Shown: positions 10,452-24,314, counted from the stretch's first letter. The stretch is 64,000 nucleotides of DNA from an uncultured Lentisphaerales bacterium (GCA_943788985.1 CALSSJ010000030.1:63769-127768), one strand, 5' to 3'. Made by a program: numbers and translations. The notes: a model not told the origin generated them from the sequence alone.

Positions 10452-10529
10452 CCCAAGTGCTCAGCCGATACACGGAGCTGGCCTGTCTTGAGGCCAGCGT
10501 CGCGGCACGCACACACGCGATCTGCAAGA

Positions 10530-11603
10530 TCACTTCCCAGCTTTGAGTTTCTCGATGATCCCCTGGGCATCTTGAGCCTTGGTGATCATCTCACCGTACG
10601 AAATGACGCCTTGCTCGTAAAGAGCGGTGAGATGAGAGTCCAGGGTGTTCATCCCGTACTTCGCACCAGTCTGGATGTCAGAGGTGATCCGGTAGGTCTT
10701 GGCATCGCGAATCAAGGCCTTGATCGACGGTGTGCTGACCATGATTTCGAACCCGGCGATACGACCAGGCTTGTCTTTGCGAGGCATCAAGACCTGCGAG
10801 ACCACAGCAACAAGCGATACGGACAGCTGCGTGCGGATCTGCTCTTGCTGGTCGGTCGGAAATGCATCCACAATACGGTCGATCGTGGGAGCGGCGCCAG
10901 TGGTATGCAGCGTGCCAAAAACCAAGTGACCGGTTTCGGCGGCGGTCACGGCAGCCTCGATGGTCTCCAGGTCTCGCATTTCGCCCACGAGTATGACGTC
11001 AGGATCCTGACGCAGAGCGCGTTTGAGGGCCTCGCCAAATGACGGGACGTCAACGCCGACTTCTCGCTGGGTCATGATGCAGCGCTTGTGTGGATGGTAA
11101 AACTCGATTGGGTCCTCGATGGTGATGACGTGGCATTCACGCTCGATATTGATGACGTTGACCATGGAGGCCAAGGTGGTGGATTTTCCGGAACCGGTCG
11201 GACCGGTTACCAGAATCAGACCGCGCGGTCGAAACAGCAGGTCCTTGACGGAGGTAGGCAGACCAATTTTTTCGAGCGTAAGCAGGTCATTCGGAATACT
11301 ACGCAGGACCATTCCGATGCTGCCCTTTTGCTTGAGCACACTGACGCGAAAACGACCTTGGTCGCCGAAGGCGAAGCCAAAGTCACAGCCGCCATCGCGC
11401 CGCACCTTCTGCTGATTGCCTTCGGAGGTGATAGCCTGCATAAGGACCTCGGTATCATCCGCCTTGAGCGGGCCGGTATCAAGCTGCTCCATGCGCCCGC
11501 CCATGCGAAGAGTGGGCGGGGCACCTACGGAGATGTGTAAGTCGCTGGCGCCTTCGTCGATCACGAGTTGCAGCAGGTCGTTCATGTCCAGGTTAAGTGC
11601 CAT
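10530..11603 (-). CDS. pilT: Type IV pilus retraction ATPase PilT
   Basis: [60 protein letters not shown]-like SIKALIRD. Confidence 0.95.
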   Translation of the reverse strand: MALNLDMNDLLQLVIDEGASDLHISVGAPPTLRMGGRMEQLDTGPLKADDTEVLMQAITSEGNQQKVRRDGGCDFGFAFGDQGRFRVSVLKQKGSIGMVLRSIPNDLLTLEKIGLPTSVKDLLFRPRGLILVTGPTGSGKSTTLASMVNVINIERECHVITIEDPIEFYHPHKRCIMTQREVGVDVPSFGEALKRALRQDPDVILVGEMRDLETIEAAVTAAETGHLVFGTLHTTGAAPTIDRIVDAFPTDQQEQIRTQLSVSLVAVVSQVLMPRKDKPGRIAGFEIMVSTPSIKALIRDAKTYRITSDIQTGAKYGMNTLDSHLTALYEQGVISYGEMITKAQDAQGIIEKLKAGK

Positions 11604-11616
11604 GGGTGCTCTCCAG

Positions 11617-13320
11617 TTATGTGTACTTCAGGACTTCCTCGACGGATGTTTCGCCGGATAGGATGCTCATGACCCCCGCCTCACGCATAGAACGCATCCC
11701 TTCCTCACGAGCCTTGTTGCTGAGGTCGTTCGCGGGGCGGCGCTCAAGAATCAGTTCTCGGAGGCTGGTGGAAAGAACGAAAAGCTCGTAAAGGCCCTTT
11801 CGACCTCGGTAGCCAATGTCGTTACAAGCAACGCAACCTTTGCCATAGTAAAACTTGTTGTCCCCGATCTCCTCTCGCGTCATCTCGAGCATTTTCAATT
11901 CGTCGTCGGTGGGGTCGTAGCCCACCTTGCAGGAGGTGCAGACGCGGCGCACAAGCCGCTGCCCCAGCACGCACTCCATTGTCGAAGTGATCAGAAAGGG
12001 CTCGATTCCCATATCGGTGAGACGGGTCACGCTACTGGGCGCATCATTGGTGTGAAGCGTGCTCAGCACGAGATGCCCGGTAAGCGCCGCCTCAATAGAG
12101 ATGCCCGCGGTCTCGAGGTCTCGGATTTCTCCCACCATGATACGATCGGGATCTTGGCGGAGAAAGGCCTTGAGCGCTTTCGCAAAAGTCATCCCAATGG
12201 CTTCGTTTACAGGAACCTGCATCAGTCCTTCGATCGCATACTCGACCGGATCCTCGGCAGTAAGCACTTTATCCTCGATGGTGTTGATCTCGCGCAGACA
12301 GGAATACAAGGTAGTCGTCTTGCCTGATCCCGTCGGCCCGGTCACCAACACGATACCATTGGGCTTGCGGATGAGCTCACGAAGCGTTGCCTTGATGTCG
12401 TCCGGCAAGCCAAGGACATCAAGGTCGAGCGAGATTGCACCTTTGTCGAGAATACGAAGCACGACGCTTTCACCGTACTGCGTAGGTAGTGAGGACACAC
12501 GCAGGTCGATGCGCTTTCCAGAGATGCGCAGTTCGATACGACCATCCTGCGGCTTACGAGATTCCGAGATATCCAGGCCGGAGAGAACCTTCACCCGTGA
12601 GATCACCGGAATCGCCAGATGGATAGGCGGCGGCTGCATCTCATAAAGCGTACCGTCGATGCGGTAGCGGATGCGGAATTCCTCGGCAAACGGCTCGAAA
12701 TGAATATCGCTGGCACGATCCTTCACGCCTTGGGCCAAGATCACATTTACGAATCGCACGATGGGAGTGGCGTTCGCCAAATCTTCCTCGTCTTCCTCAT
12801 CATCGTCATCGTACACAGCGTCGGGGGCGAGCTTCTCCATATCAGCAATGATACTTCTGAGGTTGCCTTCGCTCGCCTCGTCTTCCGGAAAATATTTCTC
12901 GATGCTCGCCATGATCATGTCTGGCTGGGCGACGTTAATGCGCACATCCATCCCCAGCACGTAGCCCAGCTCGTCCATCGTCTGATAGTCCATCGGGTCG
13001 GCAGCGACGATGTGCAGCGTTTCTTTTTCTACATAGAGTGGCAGAATGCGATATTGCCTAGCCACCATGCTCGGTACGCAATCTATGGCGTCGGGCTTGA
13101 CTGCCACTTTGTTCATGTCATAGAACTGAGTACCGAGGGCTACCGCGATGAGCTTAAGCATCTCGGATTCGGAAATAATCCCGAAGTTATAGAGAATCTT
13201 ATCAAACGGGATGTTCGTGCGCTGATGCTCCTCATACGCCTCTTCGAGTTGTATCTCGGTGGCTACTTGGTTGTCCAGCAAAATGTGCCAGAAGGCACTA
13301 ATATCCGAACCGACGTCCAT
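11617..13320 (-). CDS. pilB: PilB/GspE assembly ATPase (paralog 2)
   Basis: [37 protein letters not shown], tetracysteine CTSC...CVAC. Confidence 0.9.
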   Translation of the reverse strand: MDVGSDISAFWHILLDNQVATEIQLEEAYEEHQRTNIPFDKILYNFGIISESEMLKLIAVALGTQFYDMNKVAVKPDAIDCVPSMVARQYRILPLYVEKETLHIVAADPMDYQTMDELGYVLGMDVRINVAQPDMIMASIEKYFPEDEASEGNLRSIIADMEKLAPDAVYDDDDEEDEEDLANATPIVRFVNVILAQGVKDRASDIHFEPFAEEFRIRYRIDGTLYEMQPPPIHLAIPVISRVKVLSGLDISESRKPQDGRIELRISGKRIDLRVSSLPTQYGESVVLRILDKGAISLDLDVLGLPDDIKATLRELIRKPNGIVLVTGPTGSGKTTTLYSCLREINTIEDKVLTAEDPVEYAIEGLMQVPVNEAIGMTFAKALKAFLRQDPDRIMVGEIRDLETAGISIEAALTGHLVLSTLHTNDAPSSVTRLTDMGIEPFLITSTMECVLGQRLVRRVCTSCKVGYDPTDDELKMLEMTREEIGDNKFYYGKGCVACNDIGYRGRKGLYELFVLSTSLRELILERRPANDLSNKAREEGMRSMREAGVMSILSGETSVEEVLKYT

Positions 13321-13327
13321 ATGGGGT

Positions 13328-15034
13328 CTACTCCTCTTCCTCGCTGTCGCCCTTAGTCACGCGGATGACTTCTTCCAACGTGGTTGACCCGGCTTGTGCT
13401 TTGCGAGTCCCGTCGTCACGCAATGTCCGCATACCAAGCTCACGGGCTCGTGCCTTAATTTCATCTGATGGTGAGCCGGCAAAGATCATGGGAATGATCT
13501 CCTCAGTCACCATCATAATTTCATAGAAGCCTAGGCGGCCTTTGTAGCCATTGCTGCATGAGCCACAGCCTGCACCCTTCAACAGTGTGGTATCTTTAAA
13601 GAAATCGGCGTCAAGTTCAAGCAGGCGCAGTTCTTCTGGCTCAGGCTCTACTTCTCGCTTACAGTTCTTGCAAATGCGCCGTCCTAGGCGCTGAGCCATA
13701 ACTGCCTTCACACCGGATGCGACCAAGAAAGGCTTGATGCCCATGTCGAGTAGACGAGTAATGGCACTGGGCGCATCGTTCGTATGCAGAGTGCTGAACA
13801 CGAGATGCCCGGTCAGGGCTGCATTAATGGCGATGGCTCCTGTCTCGATATCCCGAATCTCCCCCACCATGATAATGTTGGGTGCCTGGCGAAGCATGGC
13901 ACGCAACGCGAGAGCAAAAGTCATCCCGATTGACTTGTCACATTGGACCTGATTGATACCAGGGAGATCGTACTCCACCGGATCCTCTGCGGTGATGATC
14001 TTGCGGTTCGGAGTGTTGATGGTGTTGAGAAAGGCGTAAAGGGAGGTCGTCTTTCCTGATCCAGTCGGACCCGTCACTAGGAAGATTCCGTCGGGAAACG
14101 ACAGGATCCGGTCGATCAGCACTTGATCGTCACTGAAGAAGCCCAGTTCGGCAATCCCCAGCATGATGCTGCTTTTATCCAGAATACGCATAACGATGGA
14201 CTCGCCATACACAGTGGGAACCGAAGACACGCGCAGGTCGATCTCTTTGCCCGGAAACTTGAAGTTAATTCTCCCATCCTGTGGTACCCGCTTCTCGGTA
14301 ATATCGAGCTTGGCCATGATCTTGATACGCTGAAGAATTGCGGCCTGGAGATACTTGGGCGGGTTGTCGAACTCTTGCAGCACGCCGTCAATTCGATAGC
14401 GAACCCGAAAGCGCTTCTCCAGAGGTTCTAAGTGAATGTCACTAGCGCTGTTGCGGTAGGCTTCGATGATAAGCATCCCGACCAGACGAATGAGACTTGA
14501 CTCTTCCGCTTGGTCATCTTGAGGATCTTCGTCAAGGTCCTGGGTCACGGTCGTAAGTGACGCGGTCACGTCGCTGATCACCTCGGTCATTTTATCCTCG
14601 GCGGAGGAGTAATTGATCTTAATCACGCGCTCAATATCAGCCTGCTTACAGATAACCGGCTCGATGTCCTCATTGGGCAGGAAACAGCGAACAGCATCAA
14701 TGCTCTCAAAGTCCGTAGGGTCTGCAACTCCTACACGTAACATGTGCTCATGGTGCATAATCGGAATCACGCGAAAGCGCCGAACGGTATCGCCGTCCAA
14801 AGCAGACAGCACGTCTGGCGGAATCTTGTAATCCGTCAGGCTCATGAACTCCATCCCATACTCTTGGGCAATCAGCTCGTAGAAGTCATTTTCTTCCAGG
14901 ATCTCAAGTTCAACCAGACACTCTACAATGGGGCGATCGGGAGTGTCGATCTGCATGTTCTTCGCTCTGCTTGCCTCAGCGTCCGTGAGCACGCCTTTAT
15001 GCACCAGCAAGTCGATCACGTACGCATCATCCAT
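13328..15034 (-). CDS. pilB: PilB/GspE assembly ATPase (paralog 1)
   Basis: [44 protein letters not shown]...CGSC. Confidence 0.9.
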   Translation of the reverse strand: MDDAYVIDLLVHKGVLTDAEASRAKNMQIDTPDRPIVECLVELEILEENDFYELIAQEYGMEFMSLTDYKIPPDVLSALDGDTVRRFRVIPIMHHEHMLRVGVADPTDFESIDAVRCFLPNEDIEPVICKQADIERVIKINYSSAEDKMTEVISDVTASLTTVTQDLDEDPQDDQAEESSLIRLVGMLIIEAYRNSASDIHLEPLEKRFRVRYRIDGVLQEFDNPPKYLQAAILQRIKIMAKLDITEKRVPQDGRINFKFPGKEIDLRVSSVPTVYGESIVMRILDKSSIMLGIAELGFFSDDQVLIDRILSFPDGIFLVTGPTGSGKTTSLYAFLNTINTPNRKIITAEDPVEYDLPGINQVQCDKSIGMTFALALRAMLRQAPNIIMVGEIRDIETGAIAINAALTGHLVFSTLHTNDAPSAITRLLDMGIKPFLVASGVKAVMAQRLGRRICKNCKREVEPEPEELRLLELDADFFKDTTLLKGAGCGSCSNGYKGRLGFYEIMMVTEEIIPMIFAGSPSDEIKARARELGMRTLRDDGTRKAQAGSTTLEEVIRVTKGDSEEEE

Positions 15035-15134
15035 ACAATCGGTCTCCGTTCCCTCTTCCTAGCCGTCTCGCGGCCCGACTATTACACTCTCTTTGACCCT
15101 ACCGCGAATGGTGCTGAATTCAATACACAGACAC

Positions 15135-15168
15135 AAAAACGGCGCTGACAATTTCTCGCCAGCGCCGC
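15135..15168 (-). terminator. Rho-independent terminator after rpoC
   Basis: Minus strand GCGGCGCTGG-cgagaaattg-TCAGCGCCGT followed by a T run, about 30 nt after the rpoC stop. Confidence 0.85.
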
Positions 15169-15197
15169 TTCATCTCGATACCATTTATCAGTTTTCG

Positions 15198-18100
15198 CTA
15201 AATTACATCATCCAAGCCAAGCTTGGCGATTGCATCGCGTACGGCAGTGTCGTTATCATAGTTTCCGCCTTCTGCTGAGTCACTTGCAGAGACCTCGCGG
15301 CCAACCTTTTTGTAACGCACCTTCTGCATCTTATGATAGCCAGTTCCTGCCGGGATCAGATGGCCCATGATCACGTTCTCCTTAAAGCCACGCAACGGGT
15401 CGCTCTTGCCGAGAGTCGCTGCGTCAGTCAGGATACGTGTCGTGTCCTGGAAGGAAGCTGCCGAAATGAAGCTCTCCGTTTCCAGGGCGGCCTTGGTGAT
15501 ACCAAGCAGAATGGGCTGCGCTTCGGCTGGTTGCCCACCTTCAGCGATAACCCGTTGGTTCTCAATCACGAAGGTATCACGTTCGATCTGCTCACCGTAG
15601 AGAAAGGACGTACTCCCTGGCTCAGAGATGCGCACCTTCTGCAACATTTGGCGCACAATCACTTCGACATGTTTGTCGTTGATCTCCACGCCTTGCAGGC
15701 GGTACACTTCCTGAATCTCGTTCACGAGGTATTCCTGCAGGTCTTGAGGTCCGCAGACCTCAAGAATCTCGTGGGGAACAACGGCGCCTTCCGTAAGCGG
15801 CTGGCCCTTTTTCACGTACTCGCCTTCGAAGACGGCGATCTGCTTCTCAGCAGGGAGCAAGTGCTCCTCAGTGACGTTGTTCTCAGTGTCACGAATCAAG
15901 ATCTGTCGCTTATCCCGGACAAAGCCACCCACTTGGATTGCACCATCGATGCGTGCGATCTCGGCGGCTTCCTTCGGACGGCGTGCTTCGAAGAGCTCGG
16001 CAACACGGGGCAAACCACCGGTGATATCCTTGGTTTTAGCAGATTGACGTGGCGTACGGGCCAGAGTCTGGCCAGCAGTCACGGTCTTCCCGTCTTCCAC
16101 CATGATATGGGCGCCAGAGGGAATCGAGACGTGATACAGCATCTCGCCATCTTTGTCCATGATCAGGATTTGTGGCAGCAGGTCATCACGATGATCCAGC
16201 ACACTAATTTCCTTAGTGCCGGTCGCTTCGTTGATCTCTTCCTTCATTGTGATCCCTTCCACCAGATCGGCGAACTGGATCTTACCACCACGCTCGGTGA
16301 TAATCGGAATGTTGTACTGGTCCCACTTCACGAAGACTTCGTCTTCGGCAATCGTGTCGCCTTCCTTCTTTAGGATGACGGCACCAGCGACGAGCGGGTA
16401 CCGCTCTTGCTCGAAACCGTTCATGTCGCACAACATGACCGAAGCCGTCTTGTTCAGCACGATGAGATTTCCTTCGGAATCCTGCACAGTACGCGCATCA
16501 TCCAACTTCAGTACACCAGCGGTCCGTGCCTTGTGGAACGGGTTGGTGGTCGTCACCGTAGCAGTACCACCATGATGGAAGGTACGCATGGTCAACTGAG
16601 TACCCGGCTCACCGATGGACTGTGCGGCGATAATCCCAATCGCGTCACCTTCCTTAGTAATCTCGTCATTGGCAAGATTTCGGCCGTAGCACTTGGCGCA
16701 GACACCATCATCACTCTGACAAGTCAGAACGGAGCGAATTCGCACGCGGTCAATCGAGCAATCCTTGATCTCCAACGCGATACTCTCGACGATTTCTTCG
16801 CCAGCGGCAACGAGCAGTTCATCCTCAGCGCTCTTGGGGTTACGGATATCGTCAGCGCTATAGCGACCAATGATCCGATCCTCAATTGGCAGCATCTCCT
16901 CATCGCCTTCACGGATCGGACGGACCCAGATGCCCTGCGTCGTCAAGCAATCGTGCTCGACGCAGATCACGTCATGGGCCACGTCGACAAGCTTCCGAGT
17001 CATGTACCCGGAGTCCGCGGTCTTTAGAGCTGTATCCGCAAGTCCCTTACGAGCACCATGCGAGCTAATAAAGAACTCGAGGACCGACAGTCCTTCGCGA
17101 AAGTTAGCGAGGATTGGACGCTCGATGATCTCACCAGATGGCTTGGCCATCAGGCCACGCATTCCAGCCAGCTGACGGATCTGGTCCTTACTACCGCGAG
17201 CGCGGGAGTCAAGCATTGCCCAGACCGGGTTGATTTCGCTCAGACCATTGTTCCGTTCAAGTGTATCGAACAGGCGGTTCGCGATCTGCGTGTTCGCGTG
17301 GGTCCAAATGTCGATGCACTTGTTGTACCGCTCGCCATTGGTTATCACGCCCTGCTGATACTGCTCACGGACCGTGACCAGCTCTGTTTGCGCAATCTCG
17401 AGGAATTCTTTCTTCTCTTTGGGGATAATCATATCCACGATCGCGATAGAGAAGCCAGCCTTGGTGGCAAATTTGTACCCAAGATCCTTGAGGTCGTCGA
17501 GGAACTCGACCGTGATATCCAAACCAAGCTGGGTGTAGGCAATAGCCACCAACTCGGAAAGGGTCCCCTTCTTGCCGATGTCATTGAAGAAACCAAGGCC
17601 GCCCGGAACAATCTCGTTGAAGATACAGCGTCCAGCAGTGGTCACCAGCAAGCGCTGTGTGTGGTCTCCGTTGGGAGACTCCACGCCGAAGTCGGGATTC
17701 CACAATGCAATTGGCGCGTGAATCTGAACGCGGCCGCTGTCGTAGGCCCGCATGGCTTCCCATGAGTCTTTAAAGATCCGGAGGGATTTCGCCTCTACAT
17801 CCAACGACCCAGGCTTCGCATAAGTGAGGAAATAGGAGCCGAGTGTAATGTCCTGCGAAGGCGTAGCCACTGGCTTGCCATCCGATGGTTTGAAGATGTT
17901 GTACGGTGCCAACATCAGCAGCTTGGTCTCAAGCTGTGCCTCGTTTGAAAGCGGGATATGCACAGCCATCTGATCCCCGTCGAAGTCGGCGTTGTACGCA
18001 GAACAGACAAGCGGATGAAGACGGATTGCGCGGCCTTCGATCAGAATCGGATCGAATGCCTGAATCGACAGTCGATGCAGAGTCGGTGCCCGGTTGAGCA

Positions 18101-19373
18101 TGATCGGGTGCCCCTTGGTCACATCCTCGAGGATGTCCCAGACCTCTGTGGCTCCGCGCTCAATCATCTTCTTGGCACTGCGAACAGTGTGTACGTAGCC
18201 CAGTTCCTTCAAACGACGAATGATGAACGGCTCGAACAAAGTCAACGCCATCTTCTTCGGCAGACCACACTGATGCAGCTTGAGCTCCGGCCCCACAACG
18301 ATCACGGAACGACCGGAGTAGTCCACTCGCTTACCCAGCAAGTTCTGACGGAAGCGCCCGGACTTGCCCTTGAGCATGTCACTGAGCGACTTGAGTTGGC
18401 GATTGCTTGCGCCTGTGACCGCACGACCATGACGGCCGTTATCGAGCAACGCATCGACGGCCTCTTGGAGCATGCGCTTCTCGTTCCGGATAATGACTTC
18501 CGGAGTGCGCAGGCTTAGCAGATTCTTGAGCCGATTGTTTCGGTTGATTACGCGGCGGTAGAGATCATTCAGATCACTCGTCGCGAATCGACCACCTTCC
18601 AGCGGCACCAACGGACGCAAGTCCGGAGGAATCACGGGCAGCACCGTCAAAATCATCCACTCAGGCCGCATTTCCGAATCGCGGAAACCTTCCAGCAAGC
18701 GCATGCGCTTTGCTAGTTTTTTGCGTTCTGCCTTGGAACGAATCGTGACGATCAGCTCTGACAATTCTGCGTAATCAGTCTCCAGCACAATCTTCGACAG
18801 AAGCTCGCGAACTGCATCTGCGCCCATACCAGCACGGAAGGACTTCTTGTACATTTGGCGTGCTTCACGGTACTCATCTTCGGTCAGCAGTTGCTTGTCC
18901 TCAAGCGGCGTGTCGCCCTTGTCGACGACAATCCAGCTCTCGTAGTAGATGACGCGTTCCAGGTTCCGGGCCGTCATATTCAACATCAGCCCCAGGCGAC
19001 TCGGCATACACTTGAAAAACCAAATGTGCGAGACCGGGACGGCCAGGTCGATATGCCCCATCCGCTCCCGACGAACCCGCGAATGCGTGACTTCAACGCC
19101 ACACCGGTCGCAGACAATGCCTTTGTGCTTGATACGCTTGTACTTTCCGCAGCTACATTCCCAGTCACGGGTTGGGCCAAAGATCTTCTCGCAGAAAAGG
19201 CCTCCCTTTTCGGGTTTGAATGTGCGGTAGTTCAGTGTCTCAGGATTGCGAACTTCACCGCGACTCCAAGACCGGATCGTATCTGGCGAAGCTACGCCGA
19301 TACTGACCGAACTAAAGGTATCGGATGAATCCATTCCGAGAATCTCTCGGACCATTGCGCTATGGCTATTCAT
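15198..19373 (-). CDS. rpoC: RNA polymerase beta' subunit
   Basis: NADFDGDQM catalytic motif, zinc finger CSCGK...[23 protein letters not shown] at 19373 with a GAGGA SD. Confidence 0.99.
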   Translation of the reverse strand: MNSHSAMVREILGMDSSDTFSSVSIGVASPDTIRSWSRGEVRNPETLNYRTFKPEKGGLFCEKIFGPTRDWECSCGKYKRIKHKGIVCDRCGVEVTHSRVRRERMGHIDLAVPVSHIWFFKCMPSRLGLMLNMTARNLERVIYYESWIVVDKGDTPLEDKQLLTEDEYREARQMYKKSFRAGMGADAVRELLSKIVLETDYAELSELIVTIRSKAERKKLAKRMRLLEGFRDSEMRPEWMILTVLPVIPPDLRPLVPLEGGRFATSDLNDLYRRVINRNNRLKNLLSLRTPEVIIRNEKRMLQEAVDALLDNGRHGRAVTGASNRQLKSLSDMLKGKSGRFRQNLLGKRVDYSGRSVIVVGPELKLHQCGLPKKMALTLFEPFIIRRLKELGYVHTVRSAKKMIERGATEVWDILEDVTKGHPIMLNRAPTLHRLSIQAFDPILIEGRAIRLHPLVCSAYNADFDGDQMAVHIPLSNEAQLETKLLMLAPYNIFKPSDGKPVATPSQDITLGSYFLTYAKPGSLDVEAKSLRIFKDSWEAMRAYDSGRVQIHAPIALWNPDFGVESPNGDHTQRLLVTTAGRCIFNEIVPGGLGFFNDIGKKGTLSELVAIAYTQLGLDITVEFLDDLKDLGYKFATKAGFSIAIVDMIIPKEKKEFLEIAQTELVTVREQYQQGVITNGERYNKCIDIWTHANTQIANRLFDTLERNNGLSEINPVWAMLDSRARGSKDQIRQLAGMRGLMAKPSGEIIERPILANFREGLSVLEFFISSHGARKGLADTALKTADSGYMTRKLVDVAHDVICVEHDCLTTQGIWVRPIREGDEEMLPIEDRIIGRYSADDIRNPKSAEDELLVAAGEEIVESIALEIKDCSIDRVRIRSVLTCQSDDGVCAKCYGRNLANDEITKEGDAIGIIAAQSIGEPGTQLTMRTFHHGGTATVTTTNPFHKARTAGVLKLDDARTVQDSEGNLIVLNKTASVMLCDMNGFEQERYPLVAGAVILKKEGDTIAEDEVFVKWDQYNIPIITERGGKIQFADLVEGITMKEEINEATGTKEISVLDHRDDLLPQILIMDKDGEMLYHVSIPSGAHIMVEDGKTVTAGQTLARTPRQSAKTKDITGGLPRVAELFEARRPKEAAEIARIDGAIQVGGFVRDKRQILIRDTENNVTEEHLLPAEKQIAVFEGEYVKKGQPLTEGAVVPHEILEVCGPQDLQEYLVNEIQEVYRLQGVEINDKHVEVIVRQMLQKVRISEPGSTSFLYGEQIERDTFVIENQRVIAEGGQPAEAQPILLGITKAALETESFISAASFQDTTRILTDAATLGKSDPLRGFKENVIMGHLIPAGTGYHKMQKVRYKKVGREVSASDSAEGGNYDNDTAVRDAIAKLGLDDVI

Positions 19374-19390
19374 AAGATGTCGTTCCTCGC

Positions 19391-22300
19391 TTACCGTGGG
19401 CCTTTGGTCGGACGGACGTCCAAACAAAGACTTTTCATTTCGTTCATGAGCACGTTGAAGGACTCTGGGATGTCCGCCTTCAGCGAGTTATCGCCGCGTA
19501 CGATCGATTCGTAAATACGAGTACGTCCGGTCACGTCGTCACTTTTCACCGTGAGCATTTCCTGCAACGCGTAGGCCGCGCCATAGGCTTCGAGTGCCCA
19601 CACTTCCATTTCGCCAAATCGCTGGCCACCGTGCTGGGCTTTACCACCCAAAGGCTGCTGTGTCACGAGCGAGTACGGCCCAACGGCACGGGCATGAATC
19701 TTACTGACGACCAGATGGTCCAGTTTCAGCATGTAGATGATACCGACCATAACGCGCTGCTCGAAACACTCACCGGTTTGACCATCGTAGAGCGTGGTCT
19801 TTCCGTCTTCGTTGACAAAGAAGCCGTCGCGACGACGACCTTGGTCATCGACCGCTTCGCCATCTTCTCCAAGCGTCCATCCGGGCTGTTGCTCAAGGCG
19901 CTTCACCTTCGCATCACGCAGCAGGTTGTGAATCTCGGTCTCGTTGATGCCGTCAAACACTGGCGTCGCAACCTTGAAGCCGAGCATTCGCGCCGCATAG
20001 CCGAGATGTGTTTCAAGCACTTGCCCGACGTTCATTCGACTTGGTACGCCAAGGGGGTTTAGGACGATATCCACCGGAGTTCCATCCGCCATAAAGGGCA
20101 GATCCTCCTCCGGCACAATGCGGGCCACGATACCCTTGTTTCCGTGGCGACCAGCCATCTTGTCGCCCACTTGCAGCTTGCGCTTGCCAGCCACATAGAC
20201 CTTGACCTGCTTGATGATGCCTTGGTCCTCACCGTCTCCGGCCTCCAGACGCTCGGTCATCTCATCGCGGCGCATCTCAGCGTCACGAATCCGCAGATTG
20301 AACATCTTCATCGCTTCGTCTACCTGATCCTTGGTAGGCCCAGGCGGAATCTTGTATACGTCATGGGCAGCCGCCAGTCTTTTCAGCAAGACCTTCGTGA
20401 TCTTGCGGTTCGCTGGGATAATCGGGCTGCCGTCTGTCTTATCGACGACGTCGAAAGAAAGCTTCGAACCCAGCAGCAGCGTACCAAGTTTCTCGGCCAA
20501 CTCGTCGAGGATCTCATTGTACGTAGCCTTGAACATCGCCTGCTGTTCACGAATCTGGCGCTTCACCTCAGCTTTCGTAAGCCGAGCCTTGTTCGGATCC
20601 ACCTTACGCTCGATTTCCACGTCCATGACGATACCAGTAGAACCGCTCGGGACAACGAGCGAGCTGTCCTTCACGTCCGCAGCCTTCTCACCAAAAATTG
20701 CGCGCAGAAGGCGCTCTTCAGGATCCAACTCGGTCTCGCTCTTCGGCGTGATTTTGCCGACCAAAATATCGCCAGGATTGACCTCAGCACCAACGCGAAT
20801 GACGCCTTCGGGACCTAGGTTACGCAGGGCTTCTTCGCTCACATTAGGAATATCACGGGTGATTTCTTCGGGACCAAGCTTGGTGTCCCGTGCGGTGATG
20901 TCGAACTCGCTGATGTGGATGCTGGTGTAGACATCTTCCTTGACGATGCGCTCGCTGATCACGATCGCATCCTCAAAGTTATAGCCATTCCAAGGCATGA
21001 AGGCGACAAGCACGTTACGGCCCAAGGCCAGTTCGCCATCATTGGTCGCAGCACCGTCGGCCAGCACCTGTCCAGCCGTTACCGCTTGACCGCGGCGTAC
21101 GAGTGGCTTCTGGTTGATACAGGTGCTGCTGTTCGAGCGTACGAACTTCCGCAAGGCGTAGACCTGTGTCGACTCTGGCGCAGCAGTCTCGTCTGGAGAG
21201 CGGCCATCCGCAGTGATCACGATCTCCTTGGCATCCACAGAAGCCACGACGCCACCCTCTTCAGCGCACACGACAGCGCGTGAAAACTTGGCCACGTGCT
21301 CTTCGAGTCCGGTGCCGACGTAAGGAGCATCGGTGATCAACAATGGAACGCCTTGGCGTTGCATGTTTGATCCCATAAGCGCCCGGTTTGCATCATCGTG
21401 CTCAAGAAACGGAATCAGGCCTGCAGCACCGCTCACTAACTGTCGCGGAGAGACGTCCATATACTGGACCTCTTCAGCCCGTGCTTCGATCACTTCACCG
21501 CGCTGGCGCGAAACAACATATTCATTCTCGAAGTGATTGTCGCCGGTCAGCGGCGCATTTGCCTGCGCGACGATGAAGCGCTCCTCTTGGTCTGCCGACA
21601 AATAGTCGACCTCCAGCAGAGCATGGCGGTTCTCCACGCGACGGTACGGAGTCTCGATGAAGCCGTACTTGTTGGTGCGGCCATAGATAGCCAATGACGA
21701 AATCAAACCGATGTTCGGTCCTTCCGGCGTCTCAATCGGACAGATGCGGCCGTAATGGCTGGTATGCACGTCGCGCACTTCAAACCCGGCGCGTTCACGG
21801 CTCAGCCCACCCGGGCCCAAAGCACTGAGACGACGCTTGTTCGTCAACTCCGCGAGCGGGTTGGTCTGGTCCATAAACTGCGACAACTGGCTACGGCCGA
21901 AGAAGTCGCGAATCACGCCGACAAATGCCTTGGGATTGATCAGCTTGCCCGGAGTGACATCCTCTTCTTCCATATCCTGAAGCGTCATGCGCTCACGGAT
22001 CAGACGCTCGGTCCGGCTAAGCCCAACACGAATCTGATTTTGGACCAGTTCCCCAACCGTACGTACACGCCGAGCACCGAGATGATCGATGTCGTCCAAG
22101 TCACCCTTGCCGTCACGCAGGCCCATCAGGTACTTGGTCGCCGCGACCAAATCTCCCTCAAGTAGCGTGCGTTCTTTTTCGTCGACTGTTGTGCCAAGTT
22201 TCTGGTTGATCTTATACCGTCCAACCAAGCCCAGGTCGTACCGCTTGGGGTCGAAGAACAGGCGTGCCAACAGTGCCTTAGCGTTGCTGGCACTCGGTGG

Positions 22301-23257
22301 ATCGCCCGGACGCATGCGGCGGTAGATTTCCTTCAACGCATCGTCCGTTGTCTTGGTGGGATCATCCTGCACGCAGAGGATGAAATAGCGGCCGCTCTCA
22401 CGGGTGTCGACCACAGGCAGCTTTTTCAGGCCTGCCTTTTCAGCAGCTTCTAGTAACTCGTCGCTGACCGATAGCAGTTCCAGCCCCAGCTCGTTGCTCT
22501 GCTCGTCCATGATCGGAAAACCTTCCGGATCACTGACAGTCTCGGCCAAGTGGTGCTTTGCCAAATCGTCCGGCTCCAGCTTCCGCAGCTCTTTGATCGT
22601 CGCCGAGCGTACGCCATAGACCACATCCAACAGCTCGCGATTGGTCTCATGTCCCAAGGCGCGAAGGAAAGTGGACATCAGAAACTTTCGGCGCCGACGG
22701 CGGCGATCAAGATAGATGAAAATTTTGTCGTTAATGTCGAATTGCACTTCCAGCCAGGAACCGCGATCTGGAATCACGCGAAACGCGTACAGACTACGGC
22801 CACTCGTGTGGCGTTCGGTTTCAAAACAGATACCCGGCGTACGATGCAGCTGGCTGATGATCACACGTTCAGCGCCGTTAACCACAAATGTGGCACGCTC
22901 GGTCATTAAGGGAATATCTCCCAGAAATACGCGCTCCTCGCGCACCTCACCCTTCTTCATGTTTTCAAAACGCATCGTCGCGTACATTGGCGCAGCATAG
23001 GTTTTACCTGCACGAATGCAGTCTACGACGGCAGTCTTGGGCTCGCCAATCTCATAAGAGACGAAGTCCAACTGGCACGTCTGATCGAAACTCTCAATGG
23101 GAAAAACTTCTTGAAAGACTTCCTGGACGCCCTTGCTCACACGCTCGCGCGGGGGAACCTCCATCTGCATGCAATCGTGGTATGAGTCGAGCTGAATTCC
23201 GATAAGGTCGGGAATATCGAGAACGTTCTGCAGCTTGCCGTAATTTTTACGCTCCAT
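19391..23257 (-). CDS. rpoB: RNA polymerase beta subunit
   Basis: [43 protein letters not shown]. Confidence 0.99.
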   Translation of the reverse strand: MERKNYGKLQNVLDIPDLIGIQLDSYHDCMQMEVPPRERVSKGVQEVFQEVFPIESFDQTCQLDFVSYEIGEPKTAVVDCIRAGKTYAAPMYATMRFENMKKGEVREERVFLGDIPLMTERATFVVNGAERVIISQLHRTPGICFETERHTSGRSLYAFRVIPDRGSWLEVQFDINDKIFIYLDRRRRRRKFLMSTFLRALGHETNRELLDVVYGVRSATIKELRKLEPDDLAKHHLAETVSDPEGFPIMDEQSNELGLELLSVSDELLEAAEKAGLKKLPVVDTRESGRYFILCVQDDPTKTTDDALKEIYRRMRPGDPPSASNAKALLARLFFDPKRYDLGLVGRYKINQKLGTTVDEKERTLLEGDLVAATKYLMGLRDGKGDLDDIDHLGARRVRTVGELVQNQIRVGLSRTERLIRERMTLQDMEEEDVTPGKLINPKAFVGVIRDFFGRSQLSQFMDQTNPLAELTNKRRLSALGPGGLSRERAGFEVRDVHTSHYGRICPIETPEGPNIGLISSLAIYGRTNKYGFIETPYRRVENRHALLEVDYLSADQEERFIVAQANAPLTGDNHFENEYVVSRQRGEVIEARAEEVQYMDVSPRQLVSGAAGLIPFLEHDDANRALMGSNMQRQGVPLLITDAPYVGTGLEEHVAKFSRAVVCAEEGGVVASVDAKEIVITADGRSPDETAAPESTQVYALRKFVRSNSSTCINQKPLVRRGQAVTAGQVLADGAATNDGELALGRNVLVAFMPWNGYNFEDAIVISERIVKEDVYTSIHISEFDITARDTKLGPEEITRDIPNVSEEALRNLGPEGVIRVGAEVNPGDILVGKITPKSETELDPEERLLRAIFGEKAADVKDSSLVVPSGSTGIVMDVEIERKVDPNKARLTKAEVKRQIREQQAMFKATYNEILDELAEKLGTLLLGSKLSFDVVDKTDGSPIIPANRKITKVLLKRLAAAHDVYKIPPGPTKDQVDEAMKMFNLRIRDAEMRRDEMTERLEAGDGEDQGIIKQVKVYVAGKRKLQVGDKMAGRHGNKGIVARIVPEEDLPFMADGTPVDIVLNPLGVPSRMNVGQVLETHLGYAARMLGFKVATPVFDGINETEIHNLLRDAKVKRLEQQPGWTLGEDGEAVDDQGRRRDGFFVNEDGKTTLYDGQTGECFEQRVMVGIIYMLKLDHLVVSKIHARAVGPYSLVTQQPLGGKAQHGGQRFGEMEVWALEAYGAAYALQEMLTVKSDDVTGRTRIYESIVRGDNSLKADIPESFNVLMNEMKSLCLDVRPTKGPR

Positions 23258-23299
23258 GGAAGGCCCCTGAGCTAATGGTGATAACTAGTAAGTTGAGAC

Positions 23300-23338
23300 G
23301 GCAAAGCACGGGGGGCGCGGACGCCCCTCGTGCTTGCC
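23300..23338 (-). promoter_or_regulatory. Strong hairpin in the rplL-rpoB spacer (attenuator or processing-like)
   Basis: Minus strand GGCAAGCACGAGGGGCG-tccg-CGCCCCCCGTGCTTTGCC with no clear U-tract. The position is analogous to the known rplL-rpoB attenuator. Confidence 0.5.
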
Positions 23339-23380
23339 TGATTCCCGGAACTCCGCTGAGTTACGGGAGGAATGGGAATG

Positions 23381-23776
23381 CTACTTGACCTCGACGCTTG
23401 CGCCGGCTGCTTCGAGCTTACCCTTAAGTTCCTCTGCCTCTTCCTTCGACACGCCTTCTTTGACGGGCTTCGGGAGATTGTCAACCAGTCCCTTTGCATC
23501 CTTCAAGCCGAGACTTGTGATTGCGCGAACTTCCTTGATCACTGCAATCTTCTTCTCGCCTGCACCAGTCAGGATGACATCGAATTCGGTCTGCTCTTCA
23601 GCTGCAGGTGCTGCATCAGCAGCAGGCGCAGCCATCATTACAGAACCGCCGCCGGACGCCTTAACGTCCCAGCGTTCTTCCAAGGTCTTGACCAGTTTGG
23701 ATACATCCAGAACCGTCAGTTTCTCAAGATAAGAAATGGCTTCTTCCATCTCGGAGCTCAGTGTTTCTTCGGACAT
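23381..23776 (-). CDS. rplL: 50S ribosomal protein L7/L12
   Basis: [41 protein letters not shown]. Confidence 0.98.
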   Translation of the reverse strand: MSEETLSSEMEEAISYLEKLTVLDVSKLVKTLEERWDVKASGGGSVMMAAPAADAAPAAEEQTEFDVILTGAGEKKIAVIKEVRAITSLGLKDAKGLVDNLPKPVKEGVSKEEAEELKGKLEAAGASVEVK

Positions 23777-23792
23777 TTTCTATTCCTCCAAC

Positions 23793-24314
23793 TTAACCGT
23801 TTTGTTCGTTTAATTTTTCTTCGTAGGCCTTCAGGACCCAAACCATCTGTGCGACGGAGTTGTTGAGTACGCCAACAAGGTTGGTCATCGGAGCTTGGAT
23901 TGTGCCAAGCAGCTGTGACCGCAGTACGTCAATGGACGGTAGTTCTGCCATCGCGCGAGCATCGCCCGGCGACAGGAACTTTCCACCAATCAATGCACCC
24001 TTGAAGTCGACGTTCTCGACGTCCTCATTAAAGGTCTTAATCGTTTTTGCAACAGGGCACGGATCTGCGGAACCAAAAACGACGGCCGTATCGCCAGCCA
24101 GTTTTTCGACGCCGTCAATCTCCTGGCTCTTGATCGAGCGATTCAGCAGAGTATTCTTCAGGACGTGGCACTGTGCTTCATTGGCATGAAGCTGGTTGCG
24201 CAGATCACTGAACTGCGCGACCGAGACGCCGCTGTACGAAATGAAGAATACATACTCTGAATCACTGACAAGAGAGTCGATGTAGGCACCCAGTTGTACA
24301 CGTTCCGCTCTCAT
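23793..24314 (-). CDS. rplJ: 50S ribosomal protein L10
   Basis: Y.GVSV...LR..L, VLKNTL, ELPS; lies between rplA and rplL. Confidence 0.93.
   Translation of the reverse strand: MRAERVQLGAYIDSLVSDSEYVFFISYSGVSVAQFSDLRNQLHANEAQCHVLKNTLLNRSIKSQEIDGVEKLAGDTAVVFGSADPCPVAKTIKTFNEDVENVDFKGALIGGKFLSPGDARAMAELPSIDVLRSQLLGTIQAPMTNLVGVLNNSVAQMVWVLKAYEEKLNEQNG

Noticed and set aside
10477..10498. Hairpin GCTGGCCT-gtcttg-AGGCCAGC between convergent pyrD and pilT
   Set aside because: No U-tract on either strand, so it cannot be called an intrinsic terminator.
15333..23205. Long plus-strand ORFs antisense to rpoC and rpoB (e.g. 15333-16373, 17058-17765, 20144-20818)
   Set aside because: Shadow ORFs expected from codon bias in GC-rich genes; no recognisable motifs.
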